From a virus: a DNA stretch of 64,000 bases. Every line of letters starts with the position of its first letter. The first letter of the stretch is position 1. The position numbers and the translations under genes were made by a program. The stretch lies in the IMG/VR virus record IMGVR_UViG_3300028920_000047, positions 42,582-106,581 of that record; one strand, given 5' to 3'. Below, piece by piece: positions 28,202 through 39,288 of this stretch. The notes below the pieces were generated by a model that was not told where the DNA came from, made no database searches, and saw only the letters and a program-made list of their open reading frames with translations.

Positions 28202-29098
28202 ATGTCCAAATTAAGAGATAATTTGTGGGTTAATAAATACAGACCAAAAAGTATAAAAGATTTAATATTACCTTTCAATATTAGAAAACCCTTGACTAAG
28301 TTTTTACGGGAAAAAGAAATACCACATTTATTATTAGCTGGCCCACCAGGATGCGGAAAAACAAGTTATGCCAGGATAATATTTAAAACACTGGATTGTT
28401 CAAAACTTTATATGAATGCTTCGAATGAACGAGGTATTGATGTAATGCGAAATAAAATTATACCTTTTTGTGCCTCACAATCTATAAACAAATGGAAAAT
28501 AATTTTTATGGACGAAGCCGACCAGTTAACAAAGGATGCTCAGGAATTATTGAGGAGCCCTATTGAATTATATAGTAGCAAATCTCGGTTTATATTTGCC
28601 TGTAACAATAAGTATAAATTAACTGACGCTATAATTAGTCGTTGCCAGGAGTTTAATTTTCCAGCTTTAAAAGTCAAAAAAATTTTAAATATATGTAGAA
28701 ATATATTAGAACAAGAAGAAATAAATTATAACATTGATGATTTATTGATTTTGATAGAAGATTATGAACCGGATATTAGAAAAATAATTCATCATCTACA
28801 ATTAAATTGTGAAGATGGTAAATTCACCTACGAGACCGCAGGACTGGTAAGAGACGATATAATAGAACTAATAATGAAAAAAGATATGCAAAATATTAGA
28901 CAAGCTGTTGAACAGGGTATCGATACAACAGAAACAATCAAAACTATATTTTATGACTTGGAAAATTATATAGATGATTTTAATAAATTGGGTGAAATAT
29001 CGGTTGTTGTGGCTGAATATTTATATAGAGAATTTTCAATTCCTGATAAGAATATAAACTTTATTGGAATGTGTTTTGACATTATAAATAGGCTGTGA
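28202..29098 (+). CDS. Clamp loader AAA+ subunit (gp44/RFC small-like)
   Basis: LWVNKYRPK, PHLLLAGPPGCGKTS, NASNERGID, DEADQLT..AQ..LR, SRC. Confidence 0.92.
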   Translation: MSKLRDNLWVNKYRPKSIKDLILPFNIRKPLTKFLREKEIPHLLLAGPPGCGKTSYARIIFKTLDCSKLYMNASNERGIDVMRNKIIPFCASQSINKWKIIFMDEADQLTKDAQELLRSPIELYSSKSRFIFACNNKYKLTDAIISRCQEFNFPALKVKKILNICRNILEQEEINYNIDDLLILIEDYEPDIRKIIHHLQLNCEDGKFTYETAGLVRDDIIELIMKKDMQNIRQAVEQGIDTTETIKTIFYDLENYIDDFNKLGEISVVVAEYLYREFSIPDKNINFIGMCFDIINRL

Positions 29099-29329
29099 TT
29101 ATGATGAAAATATCAAAAAAAGAATTGAAAAATAGAATAAATAAAGCACTTAAAACAATTAATGGAATGATTAACAGTTATAATTGGTATACAGGGAAAA
29201 CAGGCAGTTTAATACACCGTTCAAATATAAATGATTTGCAGAAAATAGCGGATATATTAGAGGATAGTGTAATATAATGAAAAAATCAGATTATTGCCTA
29301 TTTAGAGGTGTTAAAGGAGAAACATTGAG

Positions 29330-29545
29330 GTGAAATCTTTAGTTACAAATTTTTGGTATTGGTTAAAATGGAGAATACATATACAATTTTGTAAAAAACA
29401 ATGGTGTGTTAAATGTATAAGAAGTATAGCTCCCATAACCAGTAGATTAGACTTATGGGTTTATAGAATATTAAGATTTATAAAAACTGGTAAATGGATT
29501 TGTTTTAAACATAGGGTTATAAAAAATGGAAAGGAAATAAAATAA
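29330..29545 (+). CDS. Small Trp-rich basic hypothetical protein
   Basis: ORF in operon after AAGGAG. Confidence 0.45.
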   Translation: MKSLVTNFWYWLKWRIHIQFCKKQWCVKCIRSIAPITSRLDLWVYRILRFIKTGKWICFKHRVIKNGKEIK

Positions 29546-29546
29546 A

Positions 29547-29723
29547 ATGATATTAATATTTGAAATAAGTAATCCGTTTCAACTTAAACCTGGGTGGTTT
29601 AAATCTGATATAATGTTTAGAGTTTGGTGGCTGTGGTTTGCGATTGCTTATGCTCCAATGGGTTTACAGGAATTTGAAGCAATACCAACAAAATGGGTAA
29701 ATAAACCTGGAAAATATAATTAA
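29547..29723 (+). CDS. Small hypothetical protein (not in ORF track)
   Basis: MILIFEISNPFQLKPGWF...KPGKYN, fills the gap between ORFs. Confidence 0.5.
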   Translation: MILIFEISNPFQLKPGWFKSDIMFRVWWLWFAIAYAPMGLQEFEAIPTKWVNKPGKYN

Positions 29724-29733
29724 GGAAAAAATA

Positions 29734-30045
29734 ATGCAAACAAAATGTGATTGTTGTGGAAAAAGTGATATAAAGGTAGTTGGGGGAATTTTTGGAATTA
29801 TACCATTTATATTTTTTTATTGTTGTGGCGTATGTATTGCAATGCGAGCAGAACCTAAAGAGTTAATAGAACAAGCAATTAAAATATGTGATAAAATTGA
29901 AAATATAAAAAAGGAAACACCTCTAATTTATTACAATGAAAAAGATGATAACTATATCAATAGAAGAACAAATGAACCTTTGTTTATACGATTTAAACAT
30001 GGTGTGGTCTGTAATACCAGGGAACAGGCAAAACAGGAAATATAA
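29734..30045 (+). CDS. Cys-rich hypothetical protein
   Basis: CDCC..CCGVC..AEP. Confidence 0.6.
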   Translation: MQTKCDCCGKSDIKVVGGIFGIIPFIFFYCCGVCIAMRAEPKELIEQAIKICDKIENIKKETPLIYYNEKDDNYINRRTNEPLFIRFKHGVVCNTREQAKQEI

Positions 30046-30055
30046 AAGGTAGAAA

Positions 30056-30976
30056 ATGCCAGTACAAATTGAAAAAAACATATTACTTATAGATTTCCCG
30101 AATTTAGCTATAAGAAACCTTATGGCTTCAGGACAGAAAACAAAATTTGATTTATGGCGCCATATGACATTAAAATCCATAATAGGCTTAATACAAAAGT
30201 TTCAACCGGTGGAAATTATTATTTGTTTAGATGGTAAATATGTTTGGCGAAAAGATGTCTATCCACAATATAAGGCAAATAGAAAAAAGTTAAGAAAAAA
30301 ATCAGATATTTACTGGTCTGGATACTATGAAGTGTATGAAGATACAATTTGTGAATATAAAACAATGTTACCCTTTAAAATTTTTATTGATGATAAAATG
30401 GAAGCAGATGATATAATAGCAATGTTTTGTTTAATTTTTAAAGGACAACAAGCACATCCAATTTCAAGAAAAATAACAAAAAGGCCCGAAAGGGTTATTG
30501 TGATAAGTTCGGATAAAGATTTTCACCAGCTTATGTTATATGGTATTGATATATATGATGCCATGACTAAAAGAATGAGAAGATGGTATGATTATCCGGT
30601 AGAAAAATTACGAAAAGATTTATTTGTTAAAATATGTACAGCAGATGGACCTCGACCAGGAGTTAGGGGTGACGGTATTGCTAATCTGTTTAGAGGTTGT
30701 GGAAAAAAGAAGGCTTTACAGCTATATAAAGAGTTTGGCCCAACTGCTATACCAACAGAATATCTTACAGCTTATAAAAGAAATGAGATGTTAATGGATT
30801 TAAAATGGTATTGGCAAGCTTCTAATAGAAAACTTTTTTGGAAATATATAAACTATAAAGTTTTATATAATTCTAATGAATTTCAACAATATTTAAAGTA
30901 TTATAATCTAAACCAAATACTTAAAAAAATAAAAATTTATAATAATCTATTCAGGAGGTTAATATCAGGAGGTTAG
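30056..30976 (+). CDS. 5'-3' exonuclease / T4 RNase H-like flap nuclease
   Basis: LLID, CLDG..WRK.VYPQYKANR, EADDII, ISSDKDFHQL, DGI..GCGKK. Confidence 0.9.
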   Translation: MPVQIEKNILLIDFPNLAIRNLMASGQKTKFDLWRHMTLKSIIGLIQKFQPVEIIICLDGKYVWRKDVYPQYKANRKKLRKKSDIYWSGYYEVYEDTICEYKTMLPFKIFIDDKMEADDIIAMFCLIFKGQQAHPISRKITKRPERVIVISSDKDFHQLMLYGIDIYDAMTKRMRRWYDYPVEKLRKDLFVKICTADGPRPGVRGDGIANLFRGCGKKKALQLYKEFGPTAIPTEYLTAYKRNEMLMDLKWYWQASNRKLFWKYINYKVLYNSNEFQQYLKYYNLNQILKKIKIYNNLFRRLISGG

Positions 30977-30977
30977 T

Positions 30978-31394
30978 ATGAAAATAGTAAAAATGGAAAA
31001 GAGGTTATTTCGTGCTGATAATTTCTTAAATGTCAAAATAAGTATATTTAAAATAAATATATCTAAACTTGTTCAAGTTTATCCTGAGTGTAAAAATTTG
31101 ATACATTCACTACCTTCCGAAGTATTCGTATTCAAAGGCTCCCCGATACGCGTCGTTATAAAAGCTACCACCAAATTTAAAATCAAACATAATTTTGAAG
31201 TATCAGGATTTGCTATACTACACCCTGATGACAAATTTGTGAAAAAGGGCATCAATTTAGCAATTTATAGATGTTTGAAAAAAGTTTGTAATATTATTGG
31301 CGACCATTGGAAACAGCGTGCTACAGGCGTGAAAAATATTATAAAAGAGTTATTAAAAAAAATGGAGGCAAAAGAAGATGAAAAAAAGAACTAA
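30978..31394 (+). CDS. Hypothetical protein
   Basis: GFAILHPDDKF..G..LA..R motif; GGAGG RBS. Confidence 0.6.
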   Translation: MKIVKMEKRLFRADNFLNVKISIFKINISKLVQVYPECKNLIHSLPSEVFVFKGSPIRVVIKATTKFKIKHNFEVSGFAILHPDDKFVKKGINLAIYRCLKKVCNIIGDHWKQRATGVKNIIKELLKKMEAKEDEKKN

Positions 31395-31767
31395 TTGGAA
31401 ACAATTATACGAAACGTCTGAAAGCGTAGTACGAAGACAAAAAGAAGTTATTAAAATTTTAGAAACTGATAAAACTTATCTTGAGGAGAGGATAAAAAAT
31501 AATGAATCATCGATGCAAAAATTAAAAAAAGAATTAAAACATCAATTAACAAATGAACTGGAAATTCGAGAGCGATTAGAAAAAGAACTACTTGATTGGA
31601 AATTATTGGTTTGTAATTTTATTACAGAAACCAAAAATTCGGAATTAAGACAAAAACTCCTCAACGAAAAAAATGAAATCGAGGTACGATTACGAAATAT
31701 TGAGGATAGAAAATTTGATAGTTATGGAAAAAAGTATAATATATCAAAAGAATTTTTAAAATTTTAG
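31378..31767 (+). CDS. Coiled-coil hypothetical protein
   Basis: ORF in operon. Confidence 0.55.
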   Translation: MKKRTNWKQLYETSESVVRRQKEVIKILETDKTYLEERIKNNESSMQKLKKELKHQLTNELEIRERLEKELLDWKLLVCNFITETKNSELRQKLLNEKNEIEVRLRNIEDRKFDSYGKKYNISKEFLKF

Positions 31768-31777
31768 GAGAATAAAT

Positions 31778-32122
31778 ATGAAAAAACTTATAGCCAAATA
31801 TGAGAAAAATGATGGAACAGTTAGACAAATCAAAGGGGTTATTATCCAGGAACCGTTAAAATATGAAAAAAAATTAGATGATTATTTTGTACTTGATTTA
31901 GAAATGTTAAATCCAAAAGAAATTGATGTGTTAATTAAAGCTTATTCTAAAATTCAACAAAAGCAAAACGAGATTAACAAACTTGAAACCAGTATTAAAC
32001 CTATTACAAGTAAATGTATTCGACGGTTAAAACCAGCTAAATTGATTAATCCTGAAATATTTACTCCTCAAAGCGCTGTTACAATGGAACCAGGACTAAG
32101 AAAGAAGAAAAGAAAAAAATGA
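31778..32122 (+). CDS. Hypothetical protein
   Basis: AGGAG RBS. Confidence 0.55.
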   Translation: MKKLIAKYEKNDGTVRQIKGVIIQEPLKYEKKLDDYFVLDLEMLNPKEIDVLIKAYSKIQQKQNEINKLETSIKPITSKCIRRLKPAKLINPEIFTPQSAVTMEPGLRKKKRKK

Positions 32123-32499
32123 AATATTTTGATAAAATCAAAAACATAGCATTTAAGATGAAGCCTTTTACACAAACCGATTTGACAAGCGATTATTGGC
32201 CAATAAATAAACATTTTTCCAATATAAATAACGCATTACCATTTATTACTTATATTAGTAAATATCTATATACCTTAAATAAAGATTATTTAATATTACT
32301 TTATAGATTTGTTCCACCACTGGATAATTCATTTATTAAATATCCTAAAAAACAAAAAATATTTAAAGATAAAAACGTATATGAAAAAATATTACAGCAT
32401 CTACAAATGTCCGAAAGAGAATTTAAATTGGTGTGGAAAATATTTCAACAGGCTGGTCATAGTGAAAAACAATTAAAGGAGATGTTTGGTATAAAATGA
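32119..32499 (+). CDS. Putative clamp loader A subunit (gp62-like)
   Basis: INKHFS..P..FIKYPKK..MSERE..LKEMFG pattern and size. Confidence 0.5.
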   Translation: MKYFDKIKNIAFKMKPFTQTDLTSDYWPINKHFSNINNALPFITYISKYLYTLNKDYLILLYRFVPPLDNSFIKYPKKQKIFKDKNVYEKILQHLQMSEREFKLVWKIFQQAGHSEKQLKEMFGIK

Positions 32500-33014
32500 A
32501 AGTAACAAAAATATTTAAAATAGAAACAGCTCATCGTGTAATAAATGCATACACAAAACGCTGTGCTGAAAATATTCATGGTCACAGTGCTCAAATCGAA
32601 TTTACTTTTGAAGCCGATTGTTTAGATGAAGCACAAATGGTTATAGATTTTACCATTATAAAAAAGAATTTAAAACCATTTATAGATATGTTTGACCACA
32701 CTTTGGTTATTTGTAACGAGGATATTCAATTAAAAAATATAGTTTGGCATTCAAATATAAATAAAAGATGGATAGTGGCCTCTTTTAACCCCACAGCAGA
32801 AATGTTTGCTAAATATTTTTACGAAGTTGCAAATTGGTTTTTTACTGGATTTGTTTATAATGTTAAATATTGGGAAACATCTACCGGTAATGCTGAATTT
32901 AATAAAGACGATTTATTTAAGGATAAACTTTTCAAAACGTTTTTAGTTGATGCTTCAAAAGAAATTAAACAAGAAAATATTGAATGGCAAATTATTCCCA
33001 AAAGGAAAAAATAA
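32496..33014 (+). CDS. queD: 6-carboxytetrahydropterin synthase
   Basis: TAHRV, C.ENIHGHS, MVIDF, FDH, NPTAE, WET. Confidence 0.9.
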   Translation: MKVTKIFKIETAHRVINAYTKRCAENIHGHSAQIEFTFEADCLDEAQMVIDFTIIKKNLKPFIDMFDHTLVICNEDIQLKNIVWHSNINKRWIVASFNPTAEMFAKYFYEVANWFFTGFVYNVKYWETSTGNAEFNKDDLFKDKLFKTFLVDASKEIKQENIEWQIIPKRKK

Positions 33015-33360
33015 TAATGTATGATTTAAAATTGGTCACTCCTATTGCAAAATTGATTTTCAAATTAAAAGAAAGAAAAAATGTACCATGGCAATGTTAC
33101 TGGAATGTGATAGGATGTTGTCAAGGTATTATAAGCAATCGTCACGACCCAGTAAAGGAATTTAAAAATTTAAAAGCAAATTTTGTTTATTATGAATTAT
33201 TAAAAAATGATAATATAAATTTAGAAGAATTATCTAAATTTTGTAATAACTGGCTTTGTAAAATATTAAAAATTGAATGGTTTGAAAAAAATGTAAAGTA
33301 CACAATAAAGAAAAGGTTAAAATTAGTTATTAAAAAACAAATGAAATATAGGGTGAAAAA

Positions 33361-34032
33361 ATGAAAAAGTATAAAATCTCGGAAATATTTTTTGCATTAC
33401 AGGGTGAAGGCTCCACTATTGGAAAACCAAGTATTTTTGTTAGATATTTTGGTTGTCATTTAGCAAATAGAGGAAAACCTTGCCCCTGGTGTGATTCTAA
33501 ATACGCCTGGAATCAAAAATTGGGTAGTTATTCAAAATTATCTGGTGATGAGATTATTAGGGAAATAAAAAAATATGATTGTAAACATATTGTTATTACT
33601 GGAGGCGAGCCTTATTTACAATTAGAAACCTCAATTGATTGGTTATGGATTATGGATTTATGGAAACAGGGTTACACCTTTGAAGTTGAAACCACCGGGG
33701 ATTATAACCTCCGCAGTTATCCTGCTATTAGTCAATATAATATTTCTCCTAAAATTCAACAATCAATGATTGATTTTGATGATAAAATAGTATATGCACC
33801 CATAATCTTAAAATTTGTTTATGAACCGGGTAAAAAAAATATAGAAGGATTTATTTTTCAGGTAGTTAATAATAATCCGGGTATAAAGAATATTTATATA
33901 ATGCCACAATGTAAAAATAGAAAAGAATATTTGTTAAATTGTGGAGCTACAGAAAAATTTTGTATGGAAAATAATTTTATTTTTTCACCAAGATTACATA
34001 TTATAAACTGGGACGGTGAACGTGGTAAATGA
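33361..34032 (+). CDS. queE: 7-carboxy-7-deazaguanine synthase (radical SAM)
   Basis: EIF..LQGEG..G.PSIFVR..GC..CPWCDS, VITGGEP, EVET, ISPK, SPRLH. Confidence 0.9.
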   Translation: MKKYKISEIFFALQGEGSTIGKPSIFVRYFGCHLANRGKPCPWCDSKYAWNQKLGSYSKLSGDEIIREIKKYDCKHIVITGGEPYLQLETSIDWLWIMDLWKQGYTFEVETTGDYNLRSYPAISQYNISPKIQQSMIDFDDKIVYAPIILKFVYEPGKKNIEGFIFQVVNNNPGIKNIYIMPQCKNRKEYLLNCGATEKFCMENNFIFSPRLHIINWDGERGK

Positions 34033-34226
34033 TAATACAGGTAGCTTATGAAAATATAGATGGATATGATAGTTATGAGGTCGAATGTGATAATGCCTGC
34101 GGAGCAACAATGGTTATCGATATGTATTGGTATGATATGATACAAAAACTAAAAGATTCATGTTGGCAAATAAAAAAAGTAGGAGATAATTGGGAACATT
34201 ATTGCCCCGAGTGTTCTCAACATTAA
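34029..34226 (+). CDS. Small zinc-ribbon protein
   Basis: CDNAC..W..HYCPEC. Confidence 0.6.
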   Translation: MIIQVAYENIDGYDSYEVECDNACGATMVIDMYWYDMIQKLKDSCWQIKKVGDNWEHYCPECSQH

Positions 34227-34399
34227 AGGAGTGTTAAAGTAATGATATTAGTAAAGGACGTAATAAAATTACCGGCTAATTATTCCAGATTGAAGAAAAT
34301 ATTACGAATGCGAAAAAGAGAGAGAGAAAAATTAGATAAATATTTAGGAGTGGAACCTATACCACCGGGAAAATACAAATTAACAAGGGGATAATAAAA

Positions 34400-34771
34400 A
34401 TGGAAAACACGATTTGTTCAAGATGTGGTAATAATATGGTTCATATGGGAATTTCGTTATCTAATAAACCCTTATTATGGTGTGAGTTTTGCGGATGTTT
34501 GCAAACATTTACTCCGGCAAAAAGTGATAATATTCCTATGGTTGAAGTTAATTTATCTGTATTAGGTTTAATGGTATGTGCCTCTATTTCTAACTACAAG
34601 AATAAAGTTTGGACAGAAAAAACTAAAGAAATTCAAAAAAATATAGAAAATTTATCAGCTAAAGAATACATACAGCAAACCAATCAAATCAAAGAAGAAA
34701 GAAACTATATGATTACCAAAATGACAACTGAAGATTTAAAAAAAGTTTTAAAAAAAGAGGAAATAAAATGA
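34400..34771 (+). CDS. Zinc-ribbon hypothetical protein
   Basis: CSRC..WCEFCG. Confidence 0.55.
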   Translation: MENTICSRCGNNMVHMGISLSNKPLLWCEFCGCLQTFTPAKSDNIPMVEVNLSVLGLMVCASISNYKNKVWTEKTKEIQKNIENLSAKEYIQQTNQIKEERNYMITKMTTEDLKKVLKKEEIK

Positions 34772-35052
34772 TTTGGATAATAGTGTTTATTTATTTAGTA
34801 ATAGGATTGTTATTAACAATAAATCAAGCCAGGTTGACTACTAATGATTTTATAAGTTATAATCATAGTGGAACCTACGAACATTATCGGTTAATAGAAT
34901 ATTATTATAGATTTTTTAAAGGGGTAATATTTTTTCCATATTATTTAATCAAAGACATAAACAAATTATTTGGCTACAGACTTCTCAAAGGTATGTGGAA
35001 AAGTTGTACCTGGATAAAAAAACTAAAACTATTTTTTATAGGGAGAATCTAA
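34768..35052 (+). CDS. Membrane protein
   Basis: N-terminal hydrophobic helix. Confidence 0.55.
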   Translation: MIWIIVFIYLVIGLLLTINQARLTTNDFISYNHSGTYEHYRLIEYYYRFFKGVIFFPYYLIKDINKLFGYRLLKGMWKSCTWIKKLKLFFIGRI

Positions 35053-35277
35053 TGAAAAAAGTTTTAAAAACGGGTCGGGATTTTCCATGAGCAGAGAATT
35101 AACAAAATGTAAAAAATGTGACTCAGGTTTTTTAAAGCTGGTTAAAGAGTTAAATCCAAAAACCACCTGTGCAAATATGAATGTTATATTAAAATGTTTA
35201 ATATGTGGATATACCAACGTTTATCAAATTACTTCACATTTTCACAAAAATCAAATGAAGTGGAGAAAGAGGATATA

Positions 35278-35859
35278 ATGAAAAAAATTAAAATAGCTTT
35301 TGTTGGAACACATCGGGTAGGAAAGACTTCGCTGATGTTAAGACTGGCGGCCGATTTAAAAGAAGATGGTAGACATGTAGAAATTATAAAAGAAGTAGCT
35401 CGCCGTTGCCCGCTGGCTATAAATCAACAAACCACTTTAGAAGCACAAATGTGGATATTATTTGAACATATACAAAAGGAGTTTGAAGAATTACAACATT
35501 GTGATATTTTATTAACAGATAGAGCTATTTGTAATTATGGCTATTTGACCAAAAAATTTGGTAGATTAGAATTTCTTGAACCATTATTAAAAAACTGGTG
35601 TAAATCGTTTGACCTAATGATATACGTACCAATCGCTTTAAAAATAATTGACGACGGTGAAGCCATGACTGACCCCAGGGAACAGCGGGATTATGACCAG
35701 GAAATAAGAGATATACTGAACCTGTTTAAAGATTATATTAATTTAATAGAATTACCACAATATGATATATCAAAATGGAAAAATATAATTAACAGAAATG
35801 TATATAAGGTAATAAAAAAAGGAGAAAACAATGCCAAAAAAAGTGAAACGTACGAATAG
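35278..35859 (+). CDS. P-loop nucleotide kinase-like ATPase (AAA_28/NadR-like)
   Basis: KIAFVGTHRVGKTS, EVAR, LTDR; start reassigned to ATG 35278. Confidence 0.75.
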   Translation: MKKIKIAFVGTHRVGKTSLMLRLAADLKEDGRHVEIIKEVARRCPLAINQQTTLEAQMWILFEHIQKEFEELQHCDILLTDRAICNYGYLTKKFGRLEFLEPLLKNWCKSFDLMIYVPIALKIIDDGEAMTDPREQRDYDQEIRDILNLFKDYINLIELPQYDISKWKNIINRNVYKVIKKGENNAKKSETYE

Positions 35860-36523
35860 AGAACAAGCCGGTCTAAAAAATATTAAAAATATAAATAAAT
35901 TATATAAGTATTTACAAAATACTGACCTGGATGTTTTAAAAATAAATTTTGGTGGTATTTTGTTACAGTACCAGGACATACGGCCAGATATAAAAAATAT
36001 TTTAAAATATTTAAACAAATCAGATTTTTATACAGCACCATCAGCTACAAAATTTAATCGTGACAAAGAGGGTAGTTTATTAAGACATAGTTTAGCTACT
36101 TATTGGATATTTAATAATTTACCTTTAATTGATAAACAAAATATGCAAGAGGTTTCAATAGCTGTTATATGTTTGCTACATGATGTATGCAAAACCTTTT
36201 TTTATAAAAAGACTATGAAAAATGGTAAGTGGGACAAAACGGGTCAATGGGATAATAGTTGCTCCTGGTCAGAAAAGGAAGGATACGTAGTAGAGGATTT
36301 ATTACCACTTGGTCATGGTGAAAAAAGTGTTATCATTTTACAAAATTATATAGATTTAAAAGAGGAGGAAATGATTGCTATTCGTTGGCATCTTGGCTGG
36401 TTAGACCCGGCTTTACATTTCTTTTATCCATCTGGAGCACCTTTTAATAAAGCCCTAAGGGAGAATATGTATCTTATACCACTAATTACCGCTGACCAGT
36501 TAGCGGCGAATAGATTATTTTAA
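35831..36523 (+). CDS. HD-domain phosphohydrolase
   Basis: FYTAPS..L.RHSL, LLHDVCK, GHGEKS, AIRWH, TAD. Confidence 0.85.
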   Translation: MPKKVKRTNREQAGLKNIKNINKLYKYLQNTDLDVLKINFGGILLQYQDIRPDIKNILKYLNKSDFYTAPSATKFNRDKEGSLLRHSLATYWIFNNLPLIDKQNMQEVSIAVICLLHDVCKTFFYKKTMKNGKWDKTGQWDNSCSWSEKEGYVVEDLLPLGHGEKSVIILQNYIDLKEEEMIAIRWHLGWLDPALHFFYPSGAPFNKALRENMYLIPLITADQLAANRLF

Positions 36524-36825
36524 TATTATGAAATCAAATTTAATACAAAGTGAAAAATTTTATAAATGGTATGAAAATCATAGTGGTTATAAATTTGAGA
36601 TTATTGATGGAGTATTGTTCTCATGTAAAAATATATGTGCTATATATATAACTGATTTATTTTATATATCTATATGTAGTAATTATTGTTTACATAATAA
36701 TCTAACCAGGAGAAAAATATGGAATTTTAAAAATTTAGGCGAAGCTTATATTTATTATAAATACTTGATAGATAGTGAATCTTATTTAAAATATTTATAT
36801 AGAATTATAATAAGGAGGATTAGAA

Positions 36826-37350
36826 ATGGACTGGGATGGATTTATAGAAGTGCCGCCAAAAACAGAAGGATATTTTAAAGCCTCTTATTGGAATGGCCAA
36901 GAGGATAGAAAAATTTTATTAATAAGTGATGGTATAATGAAAATTATGGATGAAGTTTTATTAAAATTTAAAGATAAGGATAACAACGAATATACCAGGA
37001 AAGATTTAAAAAAAGTTCTTTTTGAAAGATTAAGGGAAAAATATGGTTTATCCCTGGATGTAGTATGTGATGACCAGATTAACCCACTAAATGAGACTAA
37101 AGATGATTTAAAAGTAGTTGTTTATAAATATATAGGTAGTAAAACTTTAAGAATTGCCCGGAGTTTAAAAGAACTTTTAAAAAGAAATAAAAACGGAGGT
37201 GATATAACAATGACCGAAGAAAAAACAAATGACCCTGTACCAATGGAAGATGAGAAAGAACAATCAACTAAAGATTTAAAAGAATTGAAAAAAGAGAAAA
37301 GTTCTATAGAACTGGATGAAAATAATTCTAAAAAATTGTTTAAGGGATAA
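36826..37350 (+). CDS. Hypothetical protein
   Basis: AAGGAGG RBS. Confidence 0.55.
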   Translation: MDWDGFIEVPPKTEGYFKASYWNGQEDRKILLISDGIMKIMDEVLLKFKDKDNNEYTRKDLKKVLFERLREKYGLSLDVVCDDQINPLNETKDDLKVVVYKYIGSKTLRIARSLKELLKRNKNGGDITMTEEKTNDPVPMEDEKEQSTKDLKELKKEKSSIELDENNSKKLFKG

Positions 37351-37613
37351 AATATGGCACATACCAAAATATCTATAACAAAAGTTGATGAAAATAAAAT
37401 AATAAAAAAAGCGAGGTTCCCAGATGAGGATTGATATAGAACCTTTTTATTATATAGAAACTGAGGATGAAGAACTGATAAAAATAGTTGAATCTAAAAA
37501 AGATATTATATCAAAATTTACTATAAACCTCCTATTAAAAACCATGGGAGAAAGAATTCAATTAGCGGCGGATGACGCTACTTTAAAAACATTTTTACAA
37601 GGAGTGATGGATT

Positions 37614-38423
37614 ATGAAGCGAGCAGTAATTAGTTGTTCAGGAGGTATGGATAGCACTTCGTTATTATTACAAATGTTGGTAAAGGGTTATCAGGTACAC
37701 GCTGTAGCTTTTTTATATGGGCAAAAACACAAAATTGAACTTGATAAATTACAAATGAATATAAATCAAATTTGTTTGAACGAAAAGTTAAAGAGTAGAC
37801 TTATATATAATATTATCGATTTATCCATACTCGGAAAATTATTTACTTCAGCATTGACCCAACCTGGTATAAGTGTGCCCGAGGGTTATTATACCGAAGA
37901 TATAATGAAACAAACGGTAGTACCTAATCGTAATGCTATATTTAGTTCAATTATATACGGTTATGCTTTAAGTTTAGCTAATAAGTATAATCAACAAATA
38001 GAAATATGTTTGGGTGTACATAGTGGTGACCATGCAATCTATCCCGATTGCCGGCCAGAATTTTATGATGTTTTAATAAAAGCTTTTAAAATGGGAAACT
38101 GGAATGCCAACAAAGTGAAATTCAATTTACCCTATTTAAAAAAGGATAAATATACCATATTGAAAGATGCTTTAGAAAATTGTAATAAATTGGATTTAAA
38201 TTTTAACATAATATTTTTTAATACTAATACTTGTTATCAACCCGACATAAATGGCATCGCCTGTGGTAAATGTGGTAGCTGTATTGAACGGATTGAGGCG
38301 TTTATGAGACTGGATAAAGAGGACCCAGTCAGTTACAAGGACGATTGGCAAACGGTTAAACAAAGAGTGGTAGATATGCAAAATAAGAATCAAGAAAAGG
38401 ATTTATTTAATCAAGGGGAGTGA
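37614..38423 (+). CDS. queC: 7-cyano-7-deazaguanine synthase
   Basis: SGGMDST, YGQKH, VPNRN, GVHSGDHAIYPDCRPEF, TCY..CGKCGSCIER. Confidence 0.95.
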   Translation: MKRAVISCSGGMDSTSLLLQMLVKGYQVHAVAFLYGQKHKIELDKLQMNINQICLNEKLKSRLIYNIIDLSILGKLFTSALTQPGISVPEGYYTEDIMKQTVVPNRNAIFSSIIYGYALSLANKYNQQIEICLGVHSGDHAIYPDCRPEFYDVLIKAFKMGNWNANKVKFNLPYLKKDKYTILKDALENCNKLDLNFNIIFFNTNTCYQPDINGIACGKCGSCIERIEAFMRLDKEDPVSYKDDWQTVKQRVVDMQNKNQEKDLFNQGE

Positions 38424-38427
38424 TAAT

Positions 38428-39288
38428 ATGGAACCAAAAGAAAATATAGCAAATAAACTCAAACAATTAAAGGCCGAGCAAAACGCTCAAAATAAGATTA
38501 AAAAATTTATAATTGATGAAATGTTAAATAATAATGTTTCTTTTTACGTTGCTTATAATAAAGCAAAAATTCATCGTGGTAGCGACGTTGTTAACCTGAA
38601 TTATTTAGATTTGGAAATAGCGGTGGCCCAAGAAATAAGAGTAAGAAAACGTAACCAAAAGACTATTGACCAAAATCAAGGATTTACTACAGAAGCTGAG
38701 AAACCAAAAAAAGCCGACTTTGACTTAGACGGTGTAGCCCAATTTTATATAGAAAACGCTTTTGAGCAGATTCTTAGAGTAATGCAGCTTGATATAAAAG
38801 ACCCAAATTTAAAGGAAACACCGCACCGTATTGCTAAAATGTATATAAATGAATTATGCAAAGGATTATATGAACCGGAACCAAAATTTACCACATTTCC
38901 AAATCCCAAATATGATGAAATGGTTACATTGTTTAATATAAATGTGAAATCATTATGTTCCCATCATTTTTTACCTTTTATAGGTAAAGCCCATATTGGT
39001 TATATACCCAATGAAACAATTTGTGGTATTAGTAAATTAGTCAGAGTTGTACAATGGTTTATGAGACGTCCTCAGATTCAAGAGGGATTAACAGAACAGA
39101 TTGCTGATTACCTGGTTGAGAAATTAAATCCCAAAGGTGTAATAGTAGTTATAGAAGCACAACACCACTGTATGATAGTTAGAGGAGTAGAAGAATACGA
39201 TAGTATTATGAAAACAAGCGCAGTACGAGGAGTGTTTGTAGAAAATATTGGTGCCAGGAGAGAATTTTTTAATTTGAAAGGATTATAA
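38428..39288 (+). CDS. folE: GTP cyclohydrolase I with ~95-aa N-terminal extension
   Basis: ETPHRIAKM, SLCSHHFLPF.GKAHIGYIP, GISKL.R, RPQIQE, HHCM..RG. Confidence 0.95.
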   Translation: MEPKENIANKLKQLKAEQNAQNKIKKFIIDEMLNNNVSFYVAYNKAKIHRGSDVVNLNYLDLEIAVAQEIRVRKRNQKTIDQNQGFTTEAEKPKKADFDLDGVAQFYIENAFEQILRVMQLDIKDPNLKETPHRIAKMYINELCKGLYEPEPKFTTFPNPKYDEMVTLFNINVKSLCSHHFLPFIGKAHIGYIPNETICGISKLVRVVQWFMRRPQIQEGLTEQIADYLVEKLNPKGVIVVIEAQHHCMIVRGVEEYDSIMKTSAVRGVFVENIGARREFFNLKGL

